Below, piece after piece: positions 9,120 through 18,845 of a stretch of 54,723 nucleotides of DNA. Source of the DNA: a virus (Duplodnaviria > Caudoviricetes); IMG/VR virus record IMGVR_UViG_3300047288_000037, positions 1 to 54,723 of that record; one strand, 5' to 3'. Position 1 is the stretch's first letter. Every line of letters begins with the position of its first letter. The translations under genes were made by a program, and so were the position numbers. The notes beneath the pieces were generated by a model. That model was not told where the DNA came from. It was given only the letters and a program-made list of their open reading frames with translations, and ran no database searches.

Positions 9120-9560
9120 CTAATTCACAGTTACAGTCCAAGTAATACCGAGTGAGTCAGCAGCTGCCTTGTTGATTACTGAGAACACTGTGCGGCACAA
9201 CAGAGTACCTGCTGACGCTGCGTTAAACAAACCTGCTTCGGTAATAGCACCAGTGCCTGTACCAGCTGGGAATGTCGCTACATATTCTACGTTGTTTGTA
9301 GTAACTGTTGTAGATGTCAGAGCTACGCGGCCTGCTTCAGCACCTAATGTAGTATCACCTACGTCAGCCGCAACTGTACCAGTACCAATAGCCATATGTG
9401 ACATAGCTGCATCTGTAGTATCTTTCATGCGCGAGGCGATGAAGTTTTTACCAACGGTAACAACCAAGTTATCAATCTCTTGGCTGTGTTTTAACTCACC
9501 ATCAGGACCACGCAGCTCAATGCTGAGCTTACCGGTCATCTTTACTTTATCTGAAAGCAT
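9120..9560 (-). CDS. Tail structural protein (fibre-attachment type)
   Basis: NLVVTVG, HMAIGTGT, ITEAGLFN and RTVFSVINK motifs. Confidence 0.65.
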   Translation of the reverse strand: MLSDKVKMTGKLSIELRGPDGELKHSQEIDNLVVTVGKNFIASRMKDTTDAAMSHMAIGTGTVAADVGDTTLGAEAGRVALTSTTVTTNNVEYVATFPAGTGTGAITEAGLFNAASAGTLLCRTVFSVINKAAADSLGITWTVTVN

Positions 9561-9578
9561 AATATTTCTCCTATTAAA

Positions 9579-10850
9579 TTACCCGTTTACAGCTACTACG
9601 TTAACCATCTGCTCGTTAACAATGCCGGACTTGGCCCCTTCAAAGAAGGTCAGCTCAATACTATCTGTAGCTGTAACAGTATCTGTTCCGGATATTACCT
9701 TACTCAGTGTATTTGCGCTAGAGTCTGTAGCTGATACAGAATCCGTAGCGACTTTTCCAATATCTAGTACATCGTTATCTGCTATAGTGACAGAGTCAGT
9801 CGAAACCTTACCGATATTAAGAACGTCATTATCTGTTGCAGTGACTGATTCAGTAGCTACCTTACCAATATTTAGTACATCATCGTCTGTTGCAGCAATA
9901 GAGTCAGATACATCTGGTCTAATGAAAGCTTTAGCAAGCGTGTCTGTAACCGATGCTGTATCAGACATTATCTTAGCTACATCTTTGGTACTTATTGTGT
10001 CGACAGTAGATGCTGTATCAGTAAGACCCCTATCATAAGCAAAGCTATTGATTACGTCAGTTGCATCTACAGAATCAGTAGATACTTTACCGACTATGCT
10101 TGCTAATGAATCAATAACAGTAGCCGTGTCGGATACGTTAGGGCGTATAAAGTCCTTATCCATAGTGTCAGCTACTAATACAGTATCTGTGGCACTTTTA
10201 CCTACATCCTTGGTATTGATAGCATCTGTTGCTGTAGCTGTATCGGATAATGGTCTGCCATAAGCAAAACTATTGATTGCGTCTGTAGCTGTAGCCGTAT
10301 CAGTTAGAGGCCTACCGTAGGCAAAACTATTGATTGCGTCTGTAGCTGTAGCTGCATCAGTTAATAGTCTACCATAGGCGAAGCTGTTGATTGCATCTGT
10401 AGCTGATACTGAATCAGTTGATACTTTAGATACCTGTTTAGCTTGGGTATCGGCAATACTCAACACATCGGATATTGGACGTATAAACTCGATTGCATAG
10501 CTATCAGATGTCAGGGCTATATCAACCAATACCTTGTCTATATCGAACTGAGTAATACTATCGACTACACCTAACTGGTCTGCCAAGTACAATGGCACTT
10601 TGCCATAAGACACAGTTGCACTAATCTGCTGGGCGTATATAGTCCCAAGACTTATATTCTCATACTGGACTTGTACAGTAGGCTTACCAGCCATCTTGAC
10701 TGGTGTTTGAACTGGGGCTACTTTAACGAGCTCTACTTGGCTGATTGATACAGCAGCGTATACTACGATAGCTACAAGCGACACATATCCAACGACAGCT
10801 CTAATCTTGCCAGCTGACTCTAGAATTGAAGCTGTCGCACGTACTCGCAT
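9579..10850 (-). CDS. Repeat-rich virion fibre/spike protein
   Basis: 423 aa, D/T/S/A-rich 18-19 aa repeats (DTATATDAINSFAYGRPLT; DNDVLNIGKVATESVTAT). Confidence 0.7.
   Translation of the reverse strand: MRVRATASILESAGKIRAVVGYVSLVAIVVYAAVSISQVELVKVAPVQTPVKMAGKPTVQVQYENISLGTIYAQQISATVSYGKVPLYLADQLGVVDSITQFDIDKVLVDIALTSDSYAIEFIRPISDVLSIADTQAKQVSKVSTDSVSATDAINSFAYGRLLTDAATATDAINSFAYGRPLTDTATATDAINSFAYGRPLSDTATATDAINTKDVGKSATDTVLVADTMDKDFIRPNVSDTATVIDSLASIVGKVSTDSVDATDVINSFAYDRGLTDTASTVDTISTKDVAKIMSDTASVTDTLAKAFIRPDVSDSIAATDDDVLNIGKVATESVTATDNDVLNIGKVSTDSVTIADNDVLDIGKVATDSVSATDSSANTLSKVISGTDTVTATDSIELTFFEGAKSGIVNEQMVNVVAVNG
9720..10420 (-). repeat. Intragenic 54-57 nt tandem repeats
   Basis: GCAAAACTATTGATTGCGTCTGTAGCTGTAGC at 10264 and 10321 (57-nt period), with more degenerate copies on both sides. 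Confidence 0.85.
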
Positions 10851-11182
10851 TAGAACTGCCCTCGTACCCTGAAGCGTAAGATGTCATATACGGTTTGTGT
10901 ACCAGCAGGACCATATGTAATCTCAATCTCACCTTCATACATTCCGGGGTCTACATCAAGCACACCATTAGAAAAGTCGAACTGAACTTTACCATCAGCA
11001 CCACCATTAGTTTTATCACATGAAATAGTAGACAACAAAGTGCTACTACCAGAGGCTCGGAACTTTACCTGTACCGTAGTTGCAGTCGCAGACAAATCTA
11101 TAGGTAGACCTGTATTATCGTCTGTCAGCGTCAGAATAATTATCGGCTTGCTGTCACCTTGAACTAAACGAATAACATCCAT
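10850..11182 (-). CDS. BppU-N-like Ig-fold tail protein
   Basis: 110 aa; IRLVQGD, PIDLS, DGKVQFDF and YEGEIEITY motifs. Confidence 0.65.
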   Translation of the reverse strand: MDVIRLVQGDSKPIIILTLTDDNTGLPIDLSATATTVQVKFRASGSSTLLSTISCDKTNGGADGKVQFDFSNGVLDVDPGMYEGEIEITYGPAGTQTVYDILRFRVRGQF

Positions 11183-11190
11183 AATCTACC

Positions 11191-11844
11191 TCATACGAAT
11201 CTACGTAACTGTACTGAAACAGTAGCGCGGCCAGTACCTAGATTCGCTCGTGCTCTACGCTCAACTGTTTTAGACAGATATTGTTTGGCATGGTACGCAG
11301 CAAGCTCTCTATCGGACCATGGTTTGTTAGGCAACACCAAAAGATGTTGTAGTGCCCCGTGCATGATAACATTCTCAAGGTCATCAAACACGGTTTTTTC
11401 CATCCCAGAGGCTGTGCGAACCGGCTTCAAAGCCAGCACCATTTTCATATCATAGGTCTGAGCGGCATCTGGGATTGGAGCAACAGCAAAATTATCGACA
11501 TCGAACTGCACAACGTACCGTGGGTTGCTTCGATACTCCACAGATAAATCAGGCCAGTGTGGAAACTTAGTATGCACATCTTCAATAGTAAGCGGAGTGA
11601 CTGCTTCATTGTTTACTGACGCCGTAAGAAACGCATGAACCTCAGTATCCGACGGCGTTTCGTACGGATACTCATATACCCCCGCAGTAAGGCGAATCAC
11701 AGGCTGCTCATACCGCCACGCTAATGTACGTTCACAGACTTCTACAGCAGCGTCACGAATGTAGTTTGCAATGACAGGTAATGGGCAGCCCGGAACGCTA
11801 GGAGATAACCTGTTAGCGAGTGACAGAAAGGTTCTGGTAGCCAT
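11191..11844 (-). CDS. Head-tail adaptor / tubular protein A paralogue 2
   Basis: 217 aa; VPGCP..VI..YIRDAAVEVCERT, PIPD and GAL..LL.LPNKPWSD motifs. Confidence 0.65.
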   Translation of the reverse strand: MATRTFLSLANRLSPSVPGCPLPVIANYIRDAAVEVCERTLAWRYEQPVIRLTAGVYEYPYETPSDTEVHAFLTASVNNEAVTPLTIEDVHTKFPHWPDLSVEYRSNPRYVVQFDVDNFAVAPIPDAAQTYDMKMVLALKPVRTASGMEKTVFDDLENVIMHGALQHLLVLPNKPWSDRELAAYHAKQYLSKTVERRARANLGTGRATVSVQLRRFV

Positions 11845-12488
11845 TATCTAACCTTATTCTCAGGTAACCCTGAATCTTCAACATCAGTCAGAACCCTAGC
11901 CTGCATTCCTGCGCCGAGGGCTTGAGTGAACGATTGCTGGAACAACTGAGCCCTATTAGAGTTTACATGCTCATTATCAATAGACTCAGCCAAATATACT
12001 GTACCATCAACTACCACTGGGAAGTACGCATCTGACAATAACTCTACTGTTTCATCAGCGGTATATTCTCTAGGCGACTTGGCGTATTCGCCTATCAGTA
12101 TCTGGCCCACAGGGGCTTTTGGGTACACGAAGAACTTATTGGGATTCCTCACATGGCGCATCCAGTTCACACAAGGTGCCGCTTCATCATTCATCCATAC
12201 AGGATATGTTTCATCCAGCATGTCGCGGTTTACCTCTGTAATACCGTTACCATCTTTTACATAAAGAATCTCAATAATTCTCAGCGAATCAGCTGGAGCA
12301 CCTTGAATAACAGTGCCAGCAGTTGTTGGAATCTCTCCGATATAAGCGAACAAATCAGGGCGAATAACGGCCATACGCTTTAGAGCTTGGTTCGCAAACC
12401 CTAAAAGCAGCGCATCACTGTACCGTACAGGCTCGTTAATATCCTGAAGGAGTCGCCTTGTTTCTGCTATGACATCGGAGAGCTTCAT
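11844..12488 (-). CDS. Head-tail adaptor / tubular protein A paralogue 1
   Basis: 214 aa; RRLLQD...RYSD..LL.F.N.A...IRPDL and FFVYP motifs. Confidence 0.65.
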   Translation of the reverse strand: MKLSDVIAETRRLLQDINEPVRYSDALLLGFANQALKRMAVIRPDLFAYIGEIPTTAGTVIQGAPADSLRIIEILYVKDGNGITEVNRDMLDETYPVWMNDEAAPCVNWMRHVRNPNKFFVYPKAPVGQILIGEYAKSPREYTADETVELLSDAYFPVVVDGTVYLAESIDNEHVNSNRAQLFQQSFTQALGAGMQARVLTDVEDSGLPENKVR

Positions 12489-12490
12489 AA

Positions 12491-12718
12491 TTACAGACCT
12501 TTACTTGCCTCTTGGTCAACGTCAGGATTACCTGTTGGTTCATTGACTGTAGGAACATCAATCTCTAACTTAGACTTACGGCCTTTCTGGGCCTTGGGGA
12601 TAAATCTTTCTGGGTATGCTTCTTCTTCAGAAACTTCTTCCACATTTGGGTTCTCTGCTAGAATAGGATTCCAGTCGTAGATAAACCCGTCTTTCTTACC
12701 ACGTAAAAACCGTGCCAT
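12491..12718 (-). CDS. Hypothetical protein (75 aa)
   Basis: Tightly packed in the structural operon, with a GGAG SD. Confidence 0.65.
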   Translation of the reverse strand: MARFLRGKKDGFIYDWNPILAENPNVEEVSEEEAYPERFIPKAQKGRKSKLEIDVPTVNEPTGNPDVDQEASKGL

Positions 12719-12727
12719 TATAATCTC

Positions 12728-13207
12728 CTACCTATTAGCAGCTACCGCTGCACATAGCACTAAAAAATAATCCTGAGTAAATTGCTGCTTAGCCATGTTA
12801 ACATCTTTATGTACTATTTGAATATTTCCTACTACATATCCTAAACTAGAATCTACACGGTCAATAGATGCTGTATGTATGGCCCCAACATCAGACCAAC
12901 CTATAGGCCACCCAGATAAAGCGCATCTGAAGTCTTGGTTCACGTACGTACTCCAAACATCCTCGACAGATATGCTAAACTGAATACCCCTAGTTTCCGC
13001 ACCAACTCTAAACTTATGAAACCACGAAATTCGAATATCGTTGTAATACCCGCGATGGCAGTTATCAGTTTCCCTATTCGAGCACTTCTTACAAACCTTA
13101 TTTAACCTAAATGACTCCTCGGCATAGTTTCTCCGTAGATAGCTTTGGATTTCTCCACATCCACTACAGGGTTTGTACCACCTTCCGTCACTACCTTTGG
13201 TCACCAT
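12728..13207 (-). mobile_element. HNH-type endonuclease 2 with N-terminal Zn-ribbon
   Basis: CSGC...CKKC, QDFRCALSG and ASIDRVDSSLGYVVGNIQIVHKDVNMAK motifs. Confidence 0.85.
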
Positions 13208-13473
13208 TTTACGCGGTCACTCCAATAAGCTGCGCTCATTTTGCCTTTTTGTATATTATCAGCATGGCGAGCCTTAAAGCTTTTTTGCCTTGCTTTATCC
13301 TTAGCGGAACTTGGATTAGCACCGGCACCTTTAACACCTTGCTGCCCGAATCGAATTAGCTTCACTTCATCACCTGACTTAGCCAGTACAGCATGTGACT
13401 TTGTTGGGTGATTTGGCGTACGCTTGGGTTGATTATACCCGCTAAATTCCTCTTGTCCACGTTTAATAGCCAT
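13201..13473 (-). CDS. Small basic phage protein (IRFGQQG...SFKARH...SAAYWS type)
   Basis: 90 aa from ATG 13473 with GGAG SD 7 nt upstream; K/R-rich. Confidence 0.75.
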   Translation of the reverse strand: MAIKRGQEEFSGYNQPKRTPNHPTKSHAVLAKSGDEVKLIRFGQQGVKGAGANPSSAKDKARQKSFKARHADNIQKGKMSAAYWSDRVKW

Positions 13474-13488
13474 GACTATTCTCCCCAT

Positions 13489-13514
13489 GAGGAAAGGGGC
13501 CGAAGCCCCTTTTT
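13489..13514 (-). terminator. cUUCGg hairpin, likely leaky intrinsic terminator after the capsid/decoration genes
   Basis: Minus strand AAAGGGGC-TTCG-GCCCCTTT followed by CCTC. Confidence 0.6.
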
Positions 13515-13515
13515 G

Positions 13516-13992
13516 TTATGAAGCGTCAGCTACCAATGCCCATACACGAACAACAGCTTTATCCGCTGCGTTTACTGTAACAACATCAATAGTGTCAGCT
13601 GCTGCGTAGTACTTACCAGCACCATAACCTACAAATGTATTTGGCGCACCTTCCGCTAAAGCAGCTGCGGAACAATATGATGCAGCTGTATTAGCGTTAA
13701 CGCCATCTAACCAACCGTCTGGGTCAGTACCGTCACCAACGTCAAGTGTTAAAGTACCGCCTTCAGCAGTAGTAACATCTGCACCTACAGCCAAAACCAA
13801 TGACTTAGCTGGGATAGCGATAGCCTCCAAACCGTCACCGGCACCAATAGCAGCAGCACCAGCAGCAGTACGAGCAGCTGCAATAGCAGCAAAATCAAGT
13901 ACAACTTCATAGCGTGTTACTTTATGCAAACCCTCTGCACGAGGGGCTGCTGAGCCTTTATTAAAGCCCAAAGCTTCTGTTGTAATAGCCAT
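13516..13992 (-). CDS. Capsid decoration/cement protein
   Basis: 158 aa after the major capsid gene; IPAKSLVL, TLDVGDGTDPDGWL and YYAAADTID motifs. Confidence 0.65.
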   Translation of the reverse strand: MAITTEALGFNKGSAAPRAEGLHKVTRYEVVLDFAAIAAARTAAGAAAIGAGDGLEAIAIPAKSLVLAVGADVTTAEGGTLTLDVGDGTDPDGWLDGVNANTAASYCSAAALAEGAPNTFVGYGAGKYYAAADTIDVVTVNAADKAVVRVWALVADAS

Positions 13993-14021
13993 TTACATTC
14001 TCCTAAATCTTAAACATTGAA

Positions 14022-14039
14022 TGGGGGATTACTCCCCCG
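14022..14039 (-). promoter_or_regulatory. GNRA hairpin after the capsid gene (mRNA stabiliser or weak terminator)
   Basis: Minus strand GGGGGA-GTAA-TCCCCC a few nt after the capsid stop codon. Confidence 0.5.
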
Positions 14040-14044
14040 TTCGG

Positions 14045-14971
14045 TTAGCCTAAAGTAACAACGCCCATTGCCAAAGCTTCTGGCTTCACTACTTTGTAGC
14101 CATACACTTGCAAACCACGGATGATATTACCGAATGTGGTTTCTGAACGCAGAGTTTCCATATTGGTCATCTGTGATGCAAATGTGAAGCCCATTTTGTG
14201 GCCAGCAACGATGCTGAACTTACCGCTTGATACTGCCAAGTTGTGGCTCATATACACAGTGAAACGGTCAATCATACCCAAACGACCATTACGCAGGATA
14301 GATGTACCATCACCTGAGATAGAAGCATCACGCAACTCAGATTTCTTAATCATACCAGCCATCTTAGCTGGGATAACTACGAAGCGGTCACCCTCTGGGC
14401 AGTTAGCTTCATCAAGTACAGTACCCAAGTCAACCAAGTAATCCAATACTGGGATTGTGCTTGTGTTACCGTCTTTGGTCAAAGCTGCTGGAGTAGCAGT
14501 AGTACCCAAATTGATGTTACCTGAAATACGACCAGCGTTAGCACCTTTGTTTAATGCTGAGATGTCTGGCAGAATGTCTGTCAGAACACGTTGGTCAATC
14601 TTAATCTTCATACGCTCTGAAGCGTCTTTAGACCATGTATCCATCAACTGGATGTCAGATTGAACTTTGTCCACATCATCTTCGATACACGCAAAGTATT
14701 CACCTTTGTCGATTACCAACTGGATTTTTGGTTTGTCTGGGTTCTCAACAGACAATGTCTGGCCTTTAACGTAGGTCTTGATTGTGATTTCAGGAGTAGT
14801 ACGGATGTTAACCGTATCACCCATCTGACGAATCTCACCTTCGTAGTCAGTATTAGAAATAGATGCCAGAACTGTAGCATCATAGAAATTCTCAATCAGC
14901 TTACCTGACCAGATTTCTGGAATAAAATTGCCGCTGTAATCAGGGCGGCCACCTGCAACTGGGAATGCCAT
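14045..14971 (-). CDS. Major capsid protein (HK97 fold)
   Basis: NFIPEIWS, DYEGEI..GDTVNI, GRLGMIDRFTVY.S and RGLQVYGYKVVKPEAL motifs; follows the scaffold. Confidence 0.9.
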   Translation of the reverse strand: MAFPVAGGRPDYSGNFIPEIWSGKLIENFYDATVLASISNTDYEGEIRQMGDTVNIRTTPEITIKTYVKGQTLSVENPDKPKIQLVIDKGEYFACIEDDVDKVQSDIQLMDTWSKDASERMKIKIDQRVLTDILPDISALNKGANAGRISGNINLGTTATPAALTKDGNTSTIPVLDYLVDLGTVLDEANCPEGDRFVVIPAKMAGMIKKSELRDASISGDGTSILRNGRLGMIDRFTVYMSHNLAVSSGKFSIVAGHKMGFTFASQMTNMETLRSETTFGNIIRGLQVYGYKVVKPEALAMGVVTLG

Positions 14972-14987
14972 AATAATTCACCTTTAC

Positions 14988-16028
14988 TTATGCGTTAACA
15001 ATGCGATTCTCGCGTGTTGCTGCGAAAATATCGCGTTCGATTTTAGCGCGTTCCGCGTCACGATTCTTGTACTTACCTTGACGGATGTCAGCATAGAACT
15101 TTTCAACATCCTTCGTTGTGTACTGTTTCGGTACGTTTCCTGCCGGAGTGCCAGTACTACGGGACCTGCCCGGAGCAACTTGACGTTCCAGCTCAGAGGT
15201 AGAACTTGCCTGAGAGTTTTGAGCCACATTAGCCTGTCCAGTTATTTCTAACCAAGACTTAAAGAAGTTACCTACTCGGTGTACATCAAGGCTGCGCTGA
15301 GCATCCTCAAGAATAGTTTGTCTGCTAATACCGGTCAGCGGGTCTATCTGTAACAACCATGATTGGAAATCCATGTTGTTATTGATGTCGCGCCAATTAG
15401 GTACGTATGCAGATAAGTCAGTCCAGAACTGCTGCTCGGCGGTCATTGCTTGGCGTTGTGAGATAGCGTTTACCTGAGGTACTACACTACCCTGAATCTG
15501 ACCAATCAATCGCTCCAACTGTGAAATACGTTGCGTTAATGGACCAACAACTTCCAGTGCTGCACGGCGCATAACTTCGATAGACTCACCATATTCCTCA
15601 CGGTCTTGCGCTGTAATTACTTCTTGCGCTGACACGGGAGCGGTAGCCTGAGCCTGCTGCTGTGCTGTCATGGAAGCTAGTAACTGCTCCATCTGCTGCA
15701 ACCTATTTTGCATTTCACGGTTTTGTGAGTGCAATCTAGGAACTTCTGCATTGTACATACCCTGAAGGGTACGGTATTTCTGCACTATATCCTCTTGCGG
15801 GTCTTTGCCATCAACTGGTTTGTGCTCACTACCAGCAGATGAATTTGCATCTTCAGTACCAGTACTCGTGTCGGCTGCATTGTTTACATCAGAATTCTGG
15901 TCACCATCTTGCGTACCTGTGTCGGGGTTAGGCGCACCTTCTCCCTCACCGGCTACTGCTGCGCCGAGTTCCTTATATAAATCTTGTACTGCCTCACTCT
16001 GTTTACGAATTTGCTCTGGAATTGCCAT
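14988..16028 (-). CDS. Scaffolding protein
   Basis: Acidic disordered N-terminus, KYRTLQGMYNAEVPRL coiled coil, C-terminal IFAATRENRI; lies between portal and capsid. Confidence 0.8.
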   Translation of the reverse strand: MAIPEQIRKQSEAVQDLYKELGAAVAGEGEGAPNPDTGTQDGDQNSDVNNAADTSTGTEDANSSAGSEHKPVDGKDPQEDIVQKYRTLQGMYNAEVPRLHSQNREMQNRLQQMEQLLASMTAQQQAQATAPVSAQEVITAQDREEYGESIEVMRRAALEVVGPLTQRISQLERLIGQIQGSVVPQVNAISQRQAMTAEQQFWTDLSAYVPNWRDINNNMDFQSWLLQIDPLTGISRQTILEDAQRSLDVHRVGNFFKSWLEITGQANVAQNSQASSTSELERQVAPGRSRSTGTPAGNVPKQYTTKDVEKFYADIRQGKYKNRDAERAKIERDIFAATRENRIVNA

Positions 16029-16069
16029 GATAAAACGCTCCTATCGGTGTGCGTAAAGTAGAGGGCGAA

Positions 16070-16291
16070 TCATTTCGATTTTGCCGCTGCTATATCAGGA
16101 GCTTCTTTGACAAGTTTATACAACTCGCCTAAAACCTGACACCGCCCCTGCATAAGTGTCGGGTTATTTATTGCCTGTGGTAGGTTTTCCAGCTCATGAG
16201 TCCTCCACTCGGTAAGCCAATCCAAAACTTCCGGATAGTTACGAACCGTAATGGCTAAAGCCTTAACTACGTCTGGGCTTGGCCGAATCAT
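16070..16291 (-). CDS. Small head-assembly protein between portal and scaffold
   Basis: 73 aa helical protein with QGR motif; overlaps the portal stop. Confidence 0.65.
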   Translation of the reverse strand: MIRPSPDVVKALAITVRNYPEVLDWLTEWRTHELENLPQAINNPTLMQGRCQVLGELYKLVKEAPDIAAAKSK

Positions 16292-18342
16292 GCAGCTGCC
16301 CCACTCACACGGCTACTGACTGTGTTGCCCGCCATACCACCTTTTGGAGAACCGTCTGGTTGCAGCGGTGCGCCCTGCTGCGGCTGCTGTTGAGCAGCTT
16401 GAGCTTGGGCTTGCTGGTTACCCAGATACTTCGACTTCTCCCTAGATGGAACAACATCTTCCACAGGCATTTGCAACCCTTTAGCCACTTCACGAAGAAT
16501 CGCGGCGCGGCCATCCTTGCCCATAATTTCCGCATCAAGCGGGTTGGCGGTTGCGTTAAGAAATTCAATTCGGCGCACGTTGACTGTTTCTTTAACAGCC
16601 AAGTTAACTGCACCACGGGCAATGACTTCTGCATCGCCTTTAATACTTTCGTCATCATCGTACCGCATGTTGTACACAAACTGACGTTGTACAACTGGCT
16701 TAATGATGTCTGAGTCAATGTGACCCACAACCTGACGGATACCTTTACCTGCCGCACCCATAAGCATAGACAGGCCAGATGAGGTTCTACCTGCACCCTG
16801 TACGTTTAAATCACCGTACATATATGACGGAATACCTGAGTGGTCATCGGCAAGTTTGCTGAAGCGTTCGTAAACAGCCATCAATGTACTTGCATTGTCG
16901 TCTGGCTGGTGGAACTTAACAGCACCGCCGCTACCACCGACAGGGTCGCTTGTTGTCTGCCATATCTTCCATGGATACAGCTGAGTAATATCCTCATTCG
17001 CTGGAATGCGCTCAAGGTTAACTTCTACCTGAGGCCCGGATGAGATACCCATGTTGTTAATCAGTGCGCGGGCAGCAGCGTTACATACACTTTGCACGTC
17101 CTCAATAATTTCAGGAATACCTTTACCCCAGAATGCACCGGGGCATTTGATAAATGAGGTTTTCGCGTAAGGTTTCTGGCCCAGTGGGTCGTAATTCAGT
17201 ACGGCCTTGATAACGTAGTTACCAACAAGCCACACATTGGCATCATACTCACGTGCTTCATCTGGTACTTCTTCCTCAGTCATACCCCATTCACGCAACA
17301 TCTTGCCAGAAACTTTACCCCAAAACTCCAAGGCATCGTAGATTTCAGTCGGGCGGGTGTAGGAGTAGTACTTGCGCTCCTCCTCAGCCTTCTGCAATTC
17401 AATATCTTCGCTAATCCATGACTGACCATTGCCAATATCCAGCAACTTGCGGATTGCATCGTCATCATATCCGGGAACACCAATCAGCTCGGACAACTCC
17501 ATACGAGTCAGCGGGTGGTGTTCAAACAAATACCCATCTTCAATGCGGGTAATGCCCGGCTCTGGGTAAATGCGGAACGGGTCAACACGCTCATACTCAG
17601 GAGCTAAACGCTCTGCGGCATCGACAACAGTTTTACCTGTAACTGGGTCCCGCTTCCACCCAAGTGTACGTTGTCTACGTACTACTGGCCCCTTAACTAT
17701 GGCAGCGGGATAAGTGACGAGGTCAGTGATGAAGTCATTGAATGAATCAGCCCAGCCGCCTTGAGCAAACTGGTCTTGAATCTTGAGCTTCATCTTGTCA
17801 GTGCGATTCTGTGCTTCCTGCAAAATATGAAAGCGGTAGTCTTGGCTGACCATCTCCTTCAACTCAGCCATCTGAGCCTTAGTTGGAGCCTGACCTGTTT
17901 CTTCGATGAGTCCTAATACACGCTCAGCAAAGATGTCTTGAATATCCTGCACCTGTGCAGGACTTAAATCCGGAATGGGTGTAGCAACAATATCCCATGG
18001 TGGCGTACCTGTATCCAGCATAATGTCGCGCAACCAGCTTTCAGCGGCGCGGCACTTTACTTCGGTTATCATCATGTATATCTCAGAACCGCCTTGGGCC
18101 CTGATTTGTTGCAGCTTATCTGCATCATACTCACCGTTACGCTGACGTAACGCCTTAAGCATAATGTTCTCAATCGGCTTCTTCGCCTGCTGAGCTACAT
18201 CCCAACATGCACGGAGGTGACTAACCAAGCCAAGAATCATAGGTTGATTCTGACGTTCTGCTAACGCTTTCTCTGCGAGTTCTCTTTCCTCGCGCATCAT
18301 GGTCGCGTTATCCACGACACGTAACAGGGTTAGTCCAGCCAT
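16288..18342 (-). CDS. Portal protein
   Basis: 684 aa; RVDPFRIYPEP, FWGKGIP, DDHSGIP..MYG and RTSSGLSMLM motifs, Q-rich C-terminus. Confidence 0.9.
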   Translation of the reverse strand: MAGLTLLRVVDNATMMREERELAEKALAERQNQPMILGLVSHLRACWDVAQQAKKPIENIMLKALRQRNGEYDADKLQQIRAQGGSEIYMMITEVKCRAAESWLRDIMLDTGTPPWDIVATPIPDLSPAQVQDIQDIFAERVLGLIEETGQAPTKAQMAELKEMVSQDYRFHILQEAQNRTDKMKLKIQDQFAQGGWADSFNDFITDLVTYPAAIVKGPVVRRQRTLGWKRDPVTGKTVVDAAERLAPEYERVDPFRIYPEPGITRIEDGYLFEHHPLTRMELSELIGVPGYDDDAIRKLLDIGNGQSWISEDIELQKAEEERKYYSYTRPTEIYDALEFWGKVSGKMLREWGMTEEEVPDEAREYDANVWLVGNYVIKAVLNYDPLGQKPYAKTSFIKCPGAFWGKGIPEIIEDVQSVCNAAARALINNMGISSGPQVEVNLERIPANEDITQLYPWKIWQTTSDPVGGSGGAVKFHQPDDNASTLMAVYERFSKLADDHSGIPSYMYGDLNVQGAGRTSSGLSMLMGAAGKGIRQVVGHIDSDIIKPVVQRQFVYNMRYDDDESIKGDAEVIARGAVNLAVKETVNVRRIEFLNATANPLDAEIMGKDGRAAILREVAKGLQMPVEDVVPSREKSKYLGNQQAQAQAAQQQPQQGAPLQPDGSPKGGMAGNTVSSRVSGAAA

Positions 18343-18345
18343 TTG

Positions 18346-18690
18346 TTAATATCCTTTTTTACGCCCAAGCACTGACTTAGACACTGCCTTGACGACATCG
18401 ACCTTGTCAGGCATTTTAAGTTTCTCTTTACCCACAACATCAAATGCGTGGTCACACGACAAACCTTGGTTCACATAACCAGCGGCAGCTCGCATATTCT
18501 GCGTTGTAGTAAGTGCATCTGCCTTACCACCTTCCTGCTCCTTGATTGCTTCCATGTAGAGTTTACCGCCAGAAACTGGCTTGGGTTGCAGTGGTTGGCC
18601 CATGTAGCCGTACTGCGGAGAAGATGCTGATACCCCCGATGTATCCATTTTCGGGTTAGTCGAGAATATCGTTGAGTTCTTGGTAGCCAT
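18346..18690 (-). CDS. Hypothetical protein (114 aa)
   Basis: AAGGGAG SD upstream; first gene of the portal operon. Confidence 0.7.
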   Translation of the reverse strand: MATKNSTIFSTNPKMDTSGVSASSPQYGYMGQPLQPKPVSGGKLYMEAIKEQEGGKADALTTTQNMRAAAGYVNQGLSCDHAFDVVGKEKLKMPDKVDVVKAVSKSVLGRKKGY

Positions 18691-18756
18691 ATACTTTCTC
18701 CCTTACTAAACATATTGTAGTACGGTCCTGTCAAGAAGTATATAGATATTTTTTAA

Positions 18757-18793
18757 TAAAAGAAACCCCGGTGCTTTGGCGAGCTACCGGGGT
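18757..18793 (-). terminator. Intrinsic terminator after the terminase large subunit
   Basis: ACCCCGGT/ACCGGGGT stem (18765-72 with 18786-93) followed on the minus strand by TTCTTTT. Confidence 0.65.
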
Positions 18794-18845
18794 AGGGAGG
18801 CATACGGGGGAAAGGAACCGCATGAAATGACACAAGTGCAGTATA

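Noticed and set aside
9169-10038. 289-aa plus-strand ORF and other long antisense ORFs in the track
   Set aside because: Antisense shadows of repeat-rich or biased-codon genes; no SD, no motifs, opposite to operon direction.
16029-16069. SD-occluding hairpin for scaffold autoregulation (as in P22)
   Set aside because: Possible pairings (ACGC/GCGT plus CC/GG) are short and interrupted; too weak to support.
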